Below are positions 35,409 through 47,363 of a DNA stretch of 64,000 nt, in pieces. How positions within the stretch are numbered: the first letter of the stretch is position 1; every line of letters starts with the position of its first letter. This DNA comes from Escherichia coli (GTDB taxonomy: Bacteria > Pseudomonadota > Gammaproteobacteria > Enterobacterales > Enterobacteriaceae). A program made the translations under genes and the position numbers. The stretch lies in NCBI RefSeq assembly GCF_024502345.1, contig NZ_JALDNN010000001.1; one strand, given 5' to 3'. Under the pieces are notes generated by a model. It saw only the letters and a list, made by a program, of their open reading frames with translations. It had not been told where the DNA came from and made no database searches.

Positions 35409-36305
35409 ATGGCCAAAGAAAGGGCATTAACGCTGGAAGCACTACGGGTTATGGATGCGATCGATCGCCGGGGCAGTTTTGCGGCGGCGGCGGATGAGCT
35501 GGGACGCGTGCCTTCCGCACTTAGCTACACCATGCAAAAACTGGAAGAAGAGCTGGATGTGGTGCTGTTTGACCGCTCGGGCCATCGCACCAAATTCACC
35601 AATGTCGGGAGGATGTTGCTGGAGCGAGGGCGCGTTTTGCTGGAAGCCGCAGATAAACTGACTACCGATGCGGAAGCCCTCGCGCGCGGTTGGGAAACGC
35701 ATCTCACCATTGTGACCGAAGCGCTGGTACCGACACCTGCCTTTTTCCCGTTAATCGACAAACTGGCGGCAAAAGCCAATACCCAACTGGCAATCATCAC
35801 CGAAGTGCTGGCGGGGGCGTGGGAACGACTGGAGCAGGGGCGGGCGGATATTGTTATCGCGCCGGATATGCATTTTCGTTCCTCGTCGGAGATCAACTCG
35901 CGCAAGCTCTATACGTTAATGAACGTCTACGTTGCCGCGCCTGATCACCCGATTCATCAGGAGCCGGAACCGTTATCTGAAGTGACGCGCGTGAAATATC
36001 GTGGAATTGCGGTGGCGGATACCGCTCGTGAGCGCCCGGTGTTGACCGTACAGCTGCTGGACAAACAGCCGCGCTTAACGGTGAGCACGATTGAAGATAA
36101 ACGTCAGGCATTACTGGCGGGGCTTGGCGTGGCGACGATGCCGTATCCGATGGTCGAAAAAGATATTGCGGAAGGGCGGTTGCGTGTCGTCAGCCCGGAA
36201 TCGACCAGCGAGATCGATATTATTATGGCCTGGCGTCGTGACAGTATGGGGGAAGCGAAATCCTGGTGTCTGCGGGAAATTCCCAAACTTTTTAACGGAA
36301 AATAA
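35409..36305 (+). CDS. yhaJ: LysR-family transcriptional regulator YhaJ
   Basis: ORF track 298 aa; divergent from yhaK. Confidence 0.9.
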   Translation: MAKERALTLEALRVMDAIDRRGSFAAAADELGRVPSALSYTMQKLEEELDVVLFDRSGHRTKFTNVGRMLLERGRVLLEAADKLTTDAEALARGWETHLTIVTEALVPTPAFFPLIDKLAAKANTQLAIITEVLAGAWERLEQGRADIVIAPDMHFRSSSEINSRKLYTLMNVYVAAPDHPIHQEPEPLSEVTRVKYRGIAVADTARERPVLTVQLLDKQPRLTVSTIEDKRQALLAGLGVATMPYPMVEKDIAEGRLRVVSPESTSEIDIIMAWRRDSMGEAKSWCLREIPKLFNGK

Positions 36306-36321
36306 TATTTATTATTGTTAA

Positions 36322-36345
36322 TAAAAAGGGGCGAAATATCGCCCC
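36322..36345 (-). terminator. Hairpin terminator between yhaJ and yhaI
   Basis: ggggcgaaatatcgcccc perfect palindrome flanked by an A/T run. Confidence 0.65.
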
Positions 36346-36355
36346 AATTCTAAGA

Positions 36356-36712
36356 TTAATTTGAACCAAACTTCGGATCGTTTCCGTAACGATTGCTGCC
36401 AGAAGTACCTTCTGTGCAGAAAAAAACCAGAAGCACGAGCCAACCAATAAACGGAACAAAAAAGAGCAAGGCCCAGGCACCTGAACGGTCGGTATCGTGT
36501 AAGCGACGGATAGCAAGCGCAAGGACGGGAAGGAAGGTTGCCAGCAAATAAAGCATAGACAGATATGGAAGCTCCAGACCTAAAATCAATTGAATGACAT
36601 TGATAATAGCGCCGACGATGGCGTTAATCAGAGTAAACATCCAGTACTCTTTACGACGTGCGCGACCAGAGAAACCAACATAATTTTTTAATACGGATAA
36701 ATACCACTGCAT
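36356..36712 (-). CDS. yhaI: DUF805 inner-membrane protein YhaI
   Basis: ORF track 118 aa; paralog of the disrupted yhaH. Confidence 0.88.
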   Translation of the reverse strand: MQWYLSVLKNYVGFSGRARRKEYWMFTLINAIVGAIINVIQLILGLELPYLSMLYLLATFLPVLALAIRRLHDTDRSGAWALLFFVPFIGWLVLLVFFCTEGTSGSNRYGNDPKFGSN

Positions 36713-36905
36713 AAAAACATCCCTTTAATTAAAAGTGACGAAAGTCTATTCCGGGTATTGTGTAAATGCTATTCGTATCTTTCTTTTTCGGATGTTATAA
36801 AGGTTTTGATATTTAAGATAAATACATGGTTATTTTTTATAGGTAATTTATATAACGACATTGAAATATTTTAAATAAACATTAGTAAATTATTCATTCA
36901 TCAAC

Positions 36906-36940
36906 ATGATGATAAAAGCCGGATGAGTCAGACATCCGGC
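36906..36940 (-). terminator. Rho-independent terminator downstream of yhaH
   Basis: gccggatgtctgactcatccggc hairpin followed by TTTT on the minus strand. Confidence 0.55.
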
Positions 36941-36953
36941 GAGCAGATTTGTT

Positions 36954-37171
36954 TTAAGGTTCCAGTTTTGGATCAGGTCCAAAGCGGTTTTCGCCTGGCG
37001 TACCCGCCTGGCAGTTAAAGACGATGATAATAAGCCAGCCGATAAACGGGATTAAGAACAGCAGTGCCCACCACGCCGAGCGGTCGGTGTCGTGCAGGCG
37101 GCGGAACTGAACCGCCCACCACGGTAAAAACACCAGAATACCGTAGATTGTCGTCAGGATGCCTTCGCCAC
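36954..37171 (-). pseudogene. yhaH: yhaH, 3' portion (DUF805 membrane protein), cut off from its 5' end by IS903
   Basis: Minus frame ...ILTTIYGILVFLPWWAVQFRRLHDTDRSAWWALLFLIPFIGWLIIIVFNCQAGTPGENRFGPDPKLEP-stop; abuts the IS inverted repeat. Confidence 0.75.
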
Positions 37172-38228
37172 GGCTTTGTTGAATAAATCGAACTTTTGCT
37201 GAGTTGAAGGATCAGATCACGTATCTTCCCGACAACGCAGACCGTTCCGTGGCAAAGCAAAAGTTCAAAATCACCAACTGGCCCACCTACAATAAAGCCC
37301 TCATCAACCGTGGCTCCATAACTTTCTGGCTGGATGATGAAGCTATTCAGGCCTGGTATGAGTCAGCAACACCTTCTTCACGAGGCAGACCTCAGCGCTA
37401 TTCTGACCTTGCCATCACGACTGTGCTGGTCATTAAACGCGTATTCAGGCTGACCCTGCGCGCTGCGCAGGGCTTTATTGATTCCATTTTTTCTCTGATG
37501 AACGTTCCGCTACGCTGCCCGGATTACAGCTGTGTCAGCAGGCGGGCAAAGTCGGTTAATGTCAGTTTCAAAACGCCCACCCGGGGTGAAATCGCACACC
37601 TGGTAATTGATTCCACCGGGCTGAAGGTCTTCGGTGAAGGCGAGTGGAAAGTCAAAAAGCATGGCCAGGAACGCCGCCGTATCTGGCGTAAGCTGCATCT
37701 CGCCGTTGACAGTAAAACACATGAAATCATCTGCGCTGACCTGTCGCTGAACAACGTTACGGACTCAGAGGCCTTCCCCGGGTTAATCCGGCAAACCCAC
37801 CGGAAAATCAGGTCAGCCGCCGCCGATGGCGCTTACGATACCCGGCTATGTCACGATGAACTGCGGCGTAAGAAAATCAGCGCGCTTATCCCTCCCCGAA
37901 AAGGTGCGGGTTACTGGCCCGGTGAATATGCAGACCGTAACCGTGCAGTGGCTAATCAGCGAATGACCGGGAGTAATGCGCGGTGGAAATGGACAACAGA
38001 TTACAACCGTCGCTCGATAGCGGAAACGGCGATGTACCGGGTAAAACAGCTGTTCGGGGGTTCACTGACACTGCGTGACTACGATGGTCAGGTTGCAGAG
38101 GCTATGGCCCTGGTACGAGCGCTGAACAAAATGACGAAAGCAGGTATGCCTGAAAGCGTGCGTATTGCCTGAAAACACAACCCGCTACGGGGGAGACTTA
38201 CCCGAAATCTGATTTATTCAACAAAGCC
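37172..38228 (+). mobile_element. IS903-type insertion sequence, second copy, sequence-identical to the first and in opposite orientation; 9-bp target duplication CTTCGCCAC
   Basis: Same 18-bp inverted repeats; identical transposase ORF; direct repeat cttcgccac at 37163-37171 and 38229-38237. Confidence 0.9.
37249..38172 (+). CDS. IS903 transposase (DDE, IS5 family)
   Basis: ORF track 37204..38172; protein identical to the 20727..21695 ORF. Confidence 0.9.
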   Translation: MAKQKFKITNWPTYNKALINRGSITFWLDDEAIQAWYESATPSSRGRPQRYSDLAITTVLVIKRVFRLTLRAAQGFIDSIFSLMNVPLRCPDYSCVSRRAKSVNVSFKTPTRGEIAHLVIDSTGLKVFGEGEWKVKKHGQERRRIWRKLHLAVDSKTHEIICADLSLNNVTDSEAFPGLIRQTHRKIRSAAADGAYDTRLCHDELRRKKISALIPPRKGAGYWPGEYADRNRAVANQRMTGSNARWKWTTDYNRRSIAETAMYRVKQLFGGSLTLRDYDGQVAEAMALVRALNKMTKAGMPESVRIA

Positions 38229-38385
38229 CTTCGCCACCAGCGCGTTGCCAGCCTAACATTTTATCCAGCAGCCCCAGCACGAACGTAAAGATGATGTTGA
38301 CCAGAATAAACATCCAGTACTCTTTGCGCCGCGCACGACCCCGGAAACCGACATAATTTTTTAGTACTTTCAGATACCAGTCCAT
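38229..38385 (-). pseudogene. yhaH: yhaH, 5' portion (MDWYLKVLKNYVGFRGRARRKEYWMFILVNIIFTFVLGLLDKMLGWQRAGGEG)
   Basis: ORF track 38218..38406; joins in frame to the 36954..37171 fragment after removal of the IS and one duplication copy (121 aa total). Confidence 0.75.
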
Positions 38386-38515
38386 TTTTGCCTCAATTTT
38401 GCTCAATCACTTGTTTTTAAAGCAGCAAATTAAGAATAGACGTGAATGAAATGGCAGTAAATATTATCGCGATGAATTAATAAGGAGCTGTGAAGGATAA
38501 GGGCAAGCGCAAAAT

Positions 38516-38612
38516 TGCCAGATGCGCTACGCTTATCTGGCCTACGCGGCCTTTGCAACATATTGAATATAAAAGTTTTGTAGGTTTGATAAGGCGTTCA
38601 TGCCGCATCCGA
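38516..38612. repeat. REP pair (BIME)
   Basis: gccagatgcgctacgcttatctggcctac ... gtaggtttgataaggcgttcatgccgcatccgac. Confidence 0.65.
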
Positions 38613-38667
38613 CATGAACAACATGCACTTAGCTAATTATCAGAGGCACCTCGTAAGGTGCCTTTTT

Positions 38668-39654
38668 TTAACCGAAGCGAACATCTCGTCCATGCGGTTC
38701 ATCGAGATCCTGCCACGGACCAATTGAAATAATCCCCGTAGGGTTGATGGTCTTATGACTGCGGAAGTAATGATTACGGATATGATCGAAATTGACTGTT
38801 TCGGCAATTCCCGGCATCTGGTAGATATCACGCAGGAAGCCATACAGATTAAGGTAATCGCTGATGCGGTGCTTATCACACTTGAAGTGGGTCACATACA
38901 CTGGATCAAAACGGACCAGCGTGGTCCACAGGCGAATATCGGCTTCGGTTAGCTGGTTGCCGGTCAGGTAACGATGCTGACCTAAAATCTGTTCCAGTCG
39001 CGCCAGCGATTCAAACACTTTCTCCACCGCTTCGTCGTAGGCTTGCTGGCTGGTGGCAAAACCAGCTTTATACACGCCGTTGTTAACGGTGTCATAAATC
39101 CAGCCGTTAAGTTCGTCAATTTTCGTTTGCAGGGCTGGTGGGTAGTAATCACCAGCTTTCGCGCCCAGCGCATCAAACGCGGTATTAAACATGCGGATGA
39201 TTTCTGCTGATTCGTTGCTGACGATGGTGTGGTTCTTTTTGTCCCACAGCACGGGAACAGTAACTCGTCCGCTGTAGTGTGGATCGGCGTGGAGATAAAG
39301 CTGATACAAAAATTCATGTTGATAGAGCGTGTCTCCGGTTGCTCCCGGAAAACTGTCATCAAAGGTCCAGCCGTTTTCCAGCATCAGCGGGTTCACTACG
39401 GAAACGGAAATAAACGGTTCCAGTCCTTTGAGTTTGCGCATGATCAGCGTGCGGTGCGCCCACGGGCAGGCGAGTGAAACATAGAGATGATAACGATCTT
39501 TCTCTGCGATAAAACCGCCTGTGCCAGTGGGGCCAGGAGCGCCATCGGCAGTGAGCCAGTTACGAAATGCGGAAGCTGAACGTTGAAATTTACCGCCGGT
39601 AGATTTGGTATCGTACCAGGTGTCATGCCAGACGCCGTCAATCAGTTGACCCAT
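38668..39654 (-). CDS. yqjG: Glutathionyl-hydroquinone reductase (Xi-class GST) YqjG
   Basis: ORF track frame 38668..39675; start MGQLIDGVWHDTWYD gives 328 aa. Confidence 0.9.
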   Translation of the reverse strand: MGQLIDGVWHDTWYDTKSTGGKFQRSASAFRNWLTADGAPGPTGTGGFIAEKDRYHLYVSLACPWAHRTLIMRKLKGLEPFISVSVVNPLMLENGWTFDDSFPGATGDTLYQHEFLYQLYLHADPHYSGRVTVPVLWDKKNHTIVSNESAEIIRMFNTAFDALGAKAGDYYPPALQTKIDELNGWIYDTVNNGVYKAGFATSQQAYDEAVEKVFESLARLEQILGQHRYLTGNQLTEADIRLWTTLVRFDPVYVTHFKCDKHRISDYLNLYGFLRDIYQMPGIAETVNFDHIRNHYFRSHKTINPTGIISIGPWQDLDEPHGRDVRFG

Positions 39655-39723
39655 TTTTCTCTCCTCCAATAGCAAAAACGAGGAGCTTCCTCCTCGTTTT
39701 TTATCGTTAAGTATAGCGCGTGC

Positions 39724-40119
39724 TTACCACTTTTTATTCAGCAGGCGGTCGATGCTATACGCGCCCGGACCGGTAATTGCCAGCAGCAGGAATCCGCCAG
39801 AAATTGTCAGGTTTTTCATGAACATCAGCGAGTTGACGCCTTCAGCAAAGTTGCTGTGAAATAAAAATGCCGTCAGCAGCGTAAAGCCCGCAGTAAACAG
39901 GGCTGTGGTGCGAGTCAGGAAACCGAACAGGATTGCCAGACCACCACCAAACTCAAGCAGAATCACCAGCGGCAGCATAAAACCCGGGACGCCCATCGCT
40001 TCCATATATTGTTGGGTACCCGCGTAACCAGTAATTTTTCCCCAGCCTGCGGTAATAAACAGAATCGGCATTAAAATGCGCGCTACCAGTACACCAACAT
40101 CTTCTAATTTTTTCATCAT
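39724..40119 (-). CDS. yqjF: DoxX-family inner-membrane protein YqjF
   Basis: ORF track 131 aa, four predicted TM segments. Confidence 0.88.
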   Translation of the reverse strand: MMKKLEDVGVLVARILMPILFITAGWGKITGYAGTQQYMEAMGVPGFMLPLVILLEFGGGLAILFGFLTRTTALFTAGFTLLTAFLFHSNFAEGVNSLMFMKNLTISGGFLLLAITGPGAYSIDRLLNKKW

Positions 40120-40300
40120 ACTCTCACTGCGCCACTCAGGCTGCTGATTGTTTTTTTGTGCAAGGGCGCGGTATTAGCGTCGTTGTTGTCGATGGAGAGA
40201 ATCATAAACGTGGTGAATGATGATTGTTAGCAAGGAAAACTGTCAAAAATCTTCAAAAAATTTGATGGGTAAGGCCGGAATGGCTCCGGCCAGAGGGAAG

Positions 40301-40600
40301 TTAACCGCGAAGCTGTTGCTGCTTGAGGGTCGTTTTAACCAGACGCCAGGCGCTCCATACGCCAAAACCGCGTCTGGCCCAGCGGACCAGCATATTAGGA
40401 TGGCGAATCGTCCAGATCGCCATCACGCTACTGCCAACCAGCGCCCAGGAGCGCAGACTTAGCAGCATATTCCAGCGACGATCGTAAGCGCCTGTTGCCT
40501 CCAGCCATTCACGACGACTGGCGGAAAGATCCAGCCGTTGTTGCTGGATCTGGCTAAGCAGTTGCGCCTTACGTCGTTCACGTTCGACTTTACTGCTCAC
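40301..40600 (-). CDS. yqjK: Small protein YqjK
   Basis: ORF track frame 40301..40702; likely GTG start giving 99 aa (VSSKVERERRKAQLL...), overlapping the yqjE stop. Confidence 0.7.
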   Translation of the reverse strand: MSSKVERERRKAQLLSQIQQQRLDLSASRREWLEATGAYDRRWNMLLSLRSWALVGSSVMAIWTIRHPNMLVRWARRGFGVWSAWRLVKTTLKQQQLRG

Positions 40601-40994
40601 GGGACTCCTCCTCGAGCAGTTGCCGATCGTTTGCCAGCTCATGGCGTGTATGGCGCAGCAAGGTGGATTTACGCGATTTACGTAACGTCCAGATACCGCC
40701 AATCAGTGCCAGTAGCAGCAACACCACGGTGGTGGCAATCATCGCATTCAGGCGATATTGCGGATCAACCGCCCAAATAATTAGCACCATCAGGCTCATA
40801 AGACCAAATGCAGCGAAAAGCATCGTCAGGCCCAGCATCAGTAAAAGTTGAAAGAGATTAGCTTTTTCCTCTTCCAGCTCCACCACCGCCAGCCGCAGAC
40901 GTGTTTCCACCATTTCAACCATGATGGAAACAATTCGCTGCCCGATGCCCAGAACGCTTTTACCGGGCCCTTGCGCGTGATGAGTGTCCGCCAT
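40590..40994 (-). CDS. yqjE: Inner-membrane protein YqjE
   Basis: ORF track frame 40590..41063; start MADTHHAQGPGKS gives 134 aa. Confidence 0.8.
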   Translation of the reverse strand: MADTHHAQGPGKSVLGIGQRIVSIMVEMVETRLRLAVVELEEEKANLFQLLLMLGLTMLFAAFGLMSLMVLIIWAVDPQYRLNAMIATTVVLLLLALIGGIWTLRKSRKSTLLRHTRHELANDRQLLEEESREQ

Positions 40995-40996
40995 AA

Positions 40997-41302
40997 TTAA
41001 CGACGCGACAGCAGAACGCCGAGCACTACACCGATTGCAGCGCCAATTCCCACGCCGGTCCACGGATTTTCACGCACATACTCATCAGCACGCGCCGCCG
41101 CGACACGGGTTTGTTTGGCGATGGCATCACCGGTTTCACCCAGGCGATAACGGCTCTGTTTCAGTGCCTGCTCCGCTTTGCTACGAATCTTACTCAACTC
41201 TTCTTTCGACTTCTCGCCAGATGAGCTAAGCACCTCTTCCAGCGTATCGGAAAGGGATTTCAACTCAGCACGCAGATGTTCCGTAGTGTGTTCTTTCGAC
41301 AT
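40997..41302 (-). CDS. yqjD: Ribosome-associated membrane-anchored protein YqjD (ElaB/YgaM family)
   Basis: ORF track 101 aa with C-terminal TM anchor. Confidence 0.88.
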   Translation of the reverse strand: MSKEHTTEHLRAELKSLSDTLEEVLSSSGEKSKEELSKIRSKAEQALKQSRYRLGETGDAIAKQTRVAAARADEYVRENPWTGVGIGAAIGVVLGVLLSRR

Positions 41303-41339
41303 AGTTTTCTCCAGGTGAGTAAGTAGTGACTATTGTGAG

Positions 41340-41708
41340 TTAGTAGTCGCGCGCTTCCAGCTTTTTCAGCTCTTCCTGCGCTTCTGCCAGTTTCCGTTCG
41401 CGTTTGGCAATCTTATCGGCATCGCCTTTTTGCTTCGCCTCGGCTAAATCTTGCTGGCGTTCCGCCACCTCATCTTTCTGCTTTGCGATTTTCTTGTGAT
41501 GATCGGCACGCAGCTGGCTATCTGAACAGTTGGCCCGGACTTCACTCAGGGCTTTATTCAGACCGTCAATACGATTCTGGTTTTGGTGTTTTTCGGCATA
41601 GCTGATCTCCTTAAGGATATTTTGCTCCTTTTCCTGACACAGGGTAGTGGCATAACTACCGGCACTAAGAGCAAAGAGAGAAACAGCTAAAGCGATGCGG
41701 TATTTCAT
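41340..41708 (-). CDS. yqjC: Periplasmic protein YqjC (signal peptide, charged coiled-coil-like)
   Basis: ORF track frame 41340..41723; start MKYRIALAVSLFALSAGSYA. Confidence 0.82.
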   Translation of the reverse strand: MKYRIALAVSLFALSAGSYATTLCQEKEQNILKEISYAEKHQNQNRIDGLNKALSEVRANCSDSQLRADHHKKIAKQKDEVAERQQDLAEAKQKGDADKIAKRERKLAEAQEELKKLEARDY

Positions 41709-41854
41709 TCTTGAACCTTCCATTGTGATTCGGACCTATTACAAAGGAACGATTGTCCAGACAACGAAGCGGTAGTGTTAACCACCGCCTCATTAATCAT
41801 AGACAGTTACGGTGAAATCACCAAAGTGAGTGATATGTTTCGGATAACAGGAAG

Positions 41855-42238
41855 TTATCCGAAGCGATGAGAGTTATCCCGTAACCGGGTCAGCCACTGC
41901 ATAGCCTGACTGTTATTGTCCTGCTGCGCAATGATGTAGCCATGGGGCAATGTTCTGTCGAGGACCGCTTTTGCGGCGGCGCTCTGGTCGCTGGAGTCAA
42001 ATGTAATTAACAGAGTGTCGTTTTTGGGGGTGATACTTTTGAAAGGAATGCCATGAGCGTCAAGGTGATGCCAGATCGAAAAACCGTCTGGCATCGTTGT
42101 GCCTTGATGAACGGCACGAATCGCCAGCGTAGACTCTTGCTGGCGAACCGCGGTCCAGGCCAGCAACAGCGTGCCGACCAGAAGTAAAACAGTGCCGGAC
42201 CAGGCTAGCTGGCGAAGCGACATGCGAGGTATTTGCAT
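41855..42238 (-). CDS. mzrA: Modulator of EnvZ/OmpR, MzrA
   Basis: ORF track 127 aa, N-terminal TM anchor. Confidence 0.88.
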   Translation of the reverse strand: MQIPRMSLRQLAWSGTVLLLVGTLLLAWTAVRQQESTLAIRAVHQGTTMPDGFSIWHHLDAHGIPFKSITPKNDTLLITFDSSDQSAAAKAVLDRTLPHGYIIAQQDNNSQAMQWLTRLRDNSHRFG

Positions 42239-42241
42239 CCC

Positions 42242-42904
42242 TTACCCCCGATTTCCATATTTCTTTTTCCATAACACGACCAGAGAACCTGCCAGGCCAA
42301 ACACCAGCAGCACCACCGGGAGCAGCATCAGGCATGACATCAGCTGGTCCTCGTACTTTAAAAATACCGGCGTTTTGCCGAGCATGTAACCCAGAGTTGT
42401 CAGGATCAATACCCACAGCAGACCGCTCATCCAGTTGAAAAACTGAAAGCGCGTGTTATTCAGCCCTGATAACCCGGCAATCGTCGGCAGCAGTGTTCTG
42501 ACAAACGCAATAAAGCGACCAATTAACAGCGCCGATAAACCGTGTTTATGAAAAAGATGGTGTGCGCGTTGATGATAATGCGCGGGTAAATGAGATAGCC
42601 AGTTTTGTACGGTGCGGGTATTGCCCAGCCATCGCCCCTGAATATAGCTGACCCAGCAGCCGAGGCTGGCGGCAACGGTCAGCAGCAGAATCGTTTGCGG
42701 ATAGCCCATCGCGCCTTTCGCAATCAACACGCCGACCAATACCAGTAAACTGTCGCCCGGTAAAAAGGCCGCCGGAAGCAAGCCGTTTTCAAGGAACAAA
42801 ATTACAAACAAGACAAAATACAACATGCCAATCATCGATGGATTGGCCAGGGTTTCAAAATCCTGCGCCCACAGGGCTTGCAGCAATTGGGTCAAAAGTT
42901 CCAT
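42242..42904 (-). CDS. yqjA: DedA-family inner-membrane protein YqjA
   Basis: ORF track 220 aa. Confidence 0.9.
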   Translation of the reverse strand: MELLTQLLQALWAQDFETLANPSMIGMLYFVLFVILFLENGLLPAAFLPGDSLLVLVGVLIAKGAMGYPQTILLLTVAASLGCWVSYIQGRWLGNTRTVQNWLSHLPAHYHQRAHHLFHKHGLSALLIGRFIAFVRTLLPTIAGLSGLNNTRFQFFNWMSGLLWVLILTTLGYMLGKTPVFLKYEDQLMSCLMLLPVVLLVFGLAGSLVVLWKKKYGNRG

Positions 42905-43249
42905 TCATTATTCCTGGTGAATCGGTTAACGCCACGCTGGTTTTAAAAAGATGCACTACCGCAATGTTATTGCTGTTTTGGTATGTTCTGCGGGTTTGAT
43001 ACATCAACACAGCCTGAACTATTCCCTGTTAAATCGTGAGATAAGAAAGCATTCAAAAACATAAATTCAAATTGAATCTAATTGTAACAAAGGTCAACGT
43101 TGTTCGTTATCAAAATTACATGTCCGTGGAGTCTGATTTTGCTGAATGCAGGGGAGGGTGGCGAGAGGATTTACACAGGCTGACACTTTATACTTTTCGC
43201 TTACCGACGAGACAAACAGGCGCGTCGCAGCGCCTGTCGGACAGGTATT

Positions 43250-44026
43250 TCATTTACTGCCACTGGTGGCCGTATCGAGATGCACTACCGGATTTTCGGC
43301 GAACAGATAACGGTCGGCATTGAACTCGAAGTCGTCGCTGGTTTCGTTAAATAACATGATCTTGGTGTTTTCCAGGTGCTGCCACATTGCCAGCTTAGCA
43401 GCATGAGGATCTTTGCGAATCAGCGCCTTGAGGATTTGATCGTGGTCATCACACCAGTTATCGACGGTACGGGAATCAATGTGTTCGTGCAGTTTTTTCC
43501 AGTACGGGTTATGGCTACGCTGGGTCCACATTTTTTCAACGATAGCCGCCAGGGCGGAGTTCTGCGTCGCCAGGGCTACCTGAATATGGAACTGCAAATC
43601 CCATTCGGAATCACGGAAGCATTGTTCGCCGCGCGCCTGCTCCTGGATGGCCATCAATTTCATGATGTCCTGTTTCGTTACCTGAGTTGCTGCGAACTCG
43701 GCAATATTACTTTCGATGAGTTGGCGAGCCTGGAGTAACTCAAACGGACCGTAATTGGCGAATTCCATATTATTGTCCGCAGCCTGCTGATGGCGCGGCT
43801 GGTTGGAAACCACGTGAATACCTGAACCTTTACGCACTTCGACATAGCCTTCAACTTCCAGCATGATGATGGCTTCACGAACTACCGTACGGCTGACGTT
43901 CTTTTCATCGGCAATAAAGCGCTCGGCAGGCAGTTTATCACCCACCAGATAGACGCCCTGTTCGATGCGCTCTTTCAGGTCAGCGGCAAGTTGTTGATAC
44001 AAACGGCGTGGTTCAGTGATTTCCAT
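43250..44026 (-). CDS. exuR: GntR/FadR-family hexuronate regulon repressor ExuR
   Basis: ORF track frame 43250..44041; start [21 protein letters not shown] gives 258 aa. Confidence 0.9.
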   Translation of the reverse strand: MEITEPRRLYQQLAADLKERIEQGVYLVGDKLPAERFIADEKNVSRTVVREAIIMLEVEGYVEVRKGSGIHVVSNQPRHQQAADNNMEFANYGPFELLQARQLIESNIAEFAATQVTKQDIMKLMAIQEQARGEQCFRDSEWDLQFHIQVALATQNSALAAIVEKMWTQRSHNPYWKKLHEHIDSRTVDNWCDDHDQILKALIRKDPHAAKLAMWQHLENTKIMLFNETSDDFEFNADRYLFAENPVVHLDTATSGSK

Positions 44027-44099
44027 ATGCGCTCCAGGCATGATACGGCAGACTATATTTGTTATACCACTTTTGCGAGTTTAGCTCTACTCGCAGTGA

Positions 44100-44128
44100 T
44101 GAAAAAGCCGCCTGAGAAGGCGGCTTTG
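44100..44128 (-). terminator. Rho-independent terminator of exuT
   Basis: aaaaagccgcctgagaaggcggcttt hairpin with a T-run on the minus strand. Confidence 0.7.
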
Positions 44129-44155
44129 AAGGGAAACTAAAACTTACACGAAGCG

Positions 44156-45454
44156 TTAATGTTGCGGTGCGGGATCGTTATGTGTTTCCTGCGCCACCTC
44201 AATCGCCGGTTTGTTCTGCAATACGGCCCAGATAACCAGCGCACCCAGCAGGTCAAATACTGCCAGAACTGCGAACAGCGGGCTGAAGCCGATGGTGTCA
44301 GCCAGTGCACCGACAACCAGCGCAAACAGCGTACTTGCCAGCCATGCGGACATCCCGGTTAAACCGTTCGCCGTCGCCACTTCGTTACGACCGAACACGT
44401 CAGAAGAGAGCGTAATCAGCGCGCCAGACAGTGCCTGGTGAGCAAAACCACCGATACACAGCAGCATAATTGCGACATACGGGTTGGTGAACAAACCGAT
44501 CATACCCGGGCCAATCATCAGCACTGCACCCAGCGTTACGACCATCTTACGGGAAACGATCAGGTTCACACCAAACCAACGCTGGAACAGCGGCGGCAGG
44601 TAACCACCGAGGATACAACCGAGGTCAGCAAACAGCATCGGCATCCAGGCGAACATCGCGATCTCTTTCAGGTTAAAGCCGTAAACTTTAAACATGAACA
44701 GCGGGATCCACGCGTTAAAAGTACCCCAGGCCGGTTCTGCCAGGAAACGCGGCAGCGCGATACCCCAGAACTGACGGTTACGCAGGATCTGACCAACGGA
44801 CATTTTCTTCGCCGTGCTCACCTGGTGCTGGGCTTCCTGACCATTAATAATATAGTCGCGTTCTTCATCGGTCAGATGCTTCTGGTCGCGCGGATGTTTA
44901 TAGAAAATCAGCCATGCCATCGCCCAGATAAAGCTCAATGCACCGGAGATGATAAATGCCATCTGCCAGCTGTGCATCACGATTGCCCATACCACCAGCG
45001 GCGGCGCAATCATCGCACCAATCGAAGAACCTACGTTAAAATAGCCTACTGCGATGGAACGCTCTTTCGCCGGGAACCATTCGGAGCTGGCTTTCAGACC
45101 CGCCGGGATCATCGCTGCTTCCGCGGCACCGACCGCACCACGAGCAACAGCCAGGCCACCCCAGCTACCTGCCAGCGCGGTTGCACCACAGAACACGGCC
45201 CACAGCACAGCAAACATTGCATAACCGATTTTCGTACCCAGCACATCCAGTACATAACCCGCTACCGGTTGCATGACCGTATAAGCAGCAGAATAGGCTG
45301 CGATGATATAGGAATACTGTTGGGTGGAGATGTTTAACTCTTCCATCAGAGTTGGCGCAGCTGCCGCCACAGTGTTACGCGTCAGGTAACCAAGCACGGT
45401 GCCAAGCGTCACCAGTGCGATCATATACCAACGTAACCCTTTAATTTTACGCAT
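44156..45454 (-). CDS. exuT: Hexuronate (glucuronate/galacturonate) MFS transporter ExuT
   Basis: ORF track frame 44156..45574; start MRKIKGLRWYMIALV gives 432 aa. Confidence 0.9.
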   Translation of the reverse strand: MRKIKGLRWYMIALVTLGTVLGYLTRNTVAAAAPTLMEELNISTQQYSYIIAAYSAAYTVMQPVAGYVLDVLGTKIGYAMFAVLWAVFCGATALAGSWGGLAVARGAVGAAEAAMIPAGLKASSEWFPAKERSIAVGYFNVGSSIGAMIAPPLVVWAIVMHSWQMAFIISGALSFIWAMAWLIFYKHPRDQKHLTDEERDYIINGQEAQHQVSTAKKMSVGQILRNRQFWGIALPRFLAEPAWGTFNAWIPLFMFKVYGFNLKEIAMFAWMPMLFADLGCILGGYLPPLFQRWFGVNLIVSRKMVVTLGAVLMIGPGMIGLFTNPYVAIMLLCIGGFAHQALSGALITLSSDVFGRNEVATANGLTGMSAWLASTLFALVVGALADTIGFSPLFAVLAVFDLLGALVIWAVLQNKPAIEVAQETHNDPAPQH

Positions 45455-45834
45455 GTAAAACCTCATCGTTTTGTTATATCCGCAGGAAGCGCGGCCATCA
45501 TCCCGCCAGAGGCTGAAGATGTTAGTTACGACCGGGTAACCGAAAAAAAACCGGCACGCCCCGAACGTTGCCATGAAAGTTTCGTGCTAATTCGGCTTCC
45601 GTACCGGTTAACCCGATTCATCTAACAAATGAATGAATCGGCAATTTGCATTCCGTCGACTTATGATTTGCGACGGCAGAAAGATAACTTGTCATACAAC
45701 TTTAAAAGGTGAGAGCCATCACAAATGTGCGAATATTTGTAGGGACATTACCTGACGACAGCGAGGCCAGTACTGGCGCGGCCTGCAGCGAGATTTACCA
45801 CTTTGAGAGTAATTTTTTTAACTACGTTTATTGA

Positions 45835-47349
<1,515 letters not shown>

Positions 47350-47363
47350 GGTCTGGGGTTGAT

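Noticed and set aside
38644-38670. Hairpin aggcacctcgtaaggtgcct plus T-run as a yqjG terminator
   Set aside because: The T-run follows the hairpin on the plus strand, whereas yqjG is on the minus strand and its stop codon lies within the hairpin; not annotated because no plus-strand gene ends there
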